Assembly (NCBI GenBank): GCA_050084515.1
Contig: CM114271.1
Span: 39,122,001-39,186,000, forward strand
Source: Blasia pusilla
Taxonomy: Eukaryota
DNA: 64,000 nucleotides
Direction: 5' to 3'
Made by a program: the position numbers and the translations under genes
The notes under the pieces: generated by a model
What the model was told of the DNA's origin: nothing
Databases searched by the model: none
What the model saw: the letters and a program-made list of their open reading frames with translations, nothing else
Shown here: positions 62,987 to 64,000 of the stretch, piece after piece
How positions within the stretch are numbered: position 1 is the first letter of the stretch
Layout: every line of letters begins with the position of its first letter

Positions 62987-63140
62987 CATGGTTGCACCTG
63001 GGTACTTGCGGCCCGCACCCGCAACCTGCCCTGGAGCCCGCCCAAAGACCCGGGTCTACGTGGCGGGCTATGGGCGGGCTCCAGTGCGGACCGGGCATGT
63101 CCGTTCCATGGATGCACTTGTCCATTTCTGTGCCATCTTG
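62987..63140. mobile_element. hAT-type MITE (short)
   Basis: TIRs catggttgcac / gtgccatcttg; TSD gacattac / gatattac (7/8). Confidence 0.8.
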
Positions 63141-63818
63141 GATATTACAAAGAAGTGATATCAATTGCCTCGGCACAACCATTTGTGAGCCCTTTCGTTA
63201 GAGAGTGGAGAGTACGTCATGATCTTCTACTAAATAAAGAAGGGGTTGGTAGAAAAATCATCTTATATCAATGATTGCGAGAGCTAGAAGATTCGCCCTT
63301 ACTTGAAGAAAGACTCTCGACAAGACAAATGGTATCGAGAGAAACGAATGGGAGAGTTTTAAGAACTCACTATAGATGCTTAGACGTCATGATTGAAAGG
63401 AGGAGAGTCAAAGAGAGCGGGCTTGGAGACGACCAAGGAAGTCACCAAGTCCTTGCTTATGATCTAGACTGCCTAAGGAAGAGCACAATGTAAGTGTGAA
63501 CCTTGATCTTAGCCCAAGCAAGGACGACATGGGAAGAAAATATTTGGAATCCATGTGATGATAAGGGCAAAGAAGGGCGTACCTTCCCTCCGCTAGATAA
63601 TTCCACCACTAGATAATTCCACCACTTTAGGAAGGCCCTTACCACCTCTTTTGTATCAGGCTAGTCCTTCATTCGACTCTATCACTCTCTGTAACACTTT
63701 AATCAATGGCATAACTATGGAAGATCTTGTTAAGGTATCCCACCTTTCTTGGAGGTCAGAAGGAAGAAGTAGATAATTTAATGTTGGAATTTTTTCAATG
63801 TGGTGAATGCTTATCAAG

Positions 63819-64000
63819 CTAGGTTACACACAGACAAAGTCCATGTCCACGTACTTATGTCCATCCTTAGGATAGACATATCCGTGCAGGCTTGCATACA
63901 TGCAACCCGCATCCAAGCCCGCCTTACTTGTAATATAGACCCCGGCTTGGCCAGCCTGCACTCGTTTCACAGCCTGCATCAAGCCCGCGGCAAGCCTGCA
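63819..64000. mobile_element. hAT-type MITE, left part (runs off the window)
   Basis: ctaggttacacacagacaaagtccatgtcc matches the family TIR. Confidence 0.75.

Overview
Eukaryotic land-plant genomic DNA, AT-rich and dense in transposons; a non-seed plant such as a bryophyte is my inference. Two intact host genes are supported. One is a PMP3/RCI2-family small membrane proteolipid gene on the minus strand, with one first exon (21816-21896) and two intact alternative last exons (20801-20884 and 19496-19576). The other is a three-exon alpha-expansin (57549-58943, +). The first 13 kb hold two decayed copies of a Ty3/gypsy-like LTR retrotransposon whose polyprotein runs gag(CCHC) - aspartic protease - C5 cytosine DNA methyltransferase (DNMT3-like motifs I, II, IV, VI, VIII, IX, X). 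This is the most unusual system in the window. One copy is broken by a 1.4-kb inversion (8509-9900) that can be reconstructed to the base. The rest is nested TE debris: CACTA ends and ORF fragments, LINE 3' ends, a full-length but decayed hAT with a perfect 8-bp TSD (25974-29768), eight hAT-type MITEs, a Helitron PIF1 remnant with mini-Helitrons, microsatellites, and several short perfect hairpins. All family calls come from recognising motifs by eye; no database search was run.
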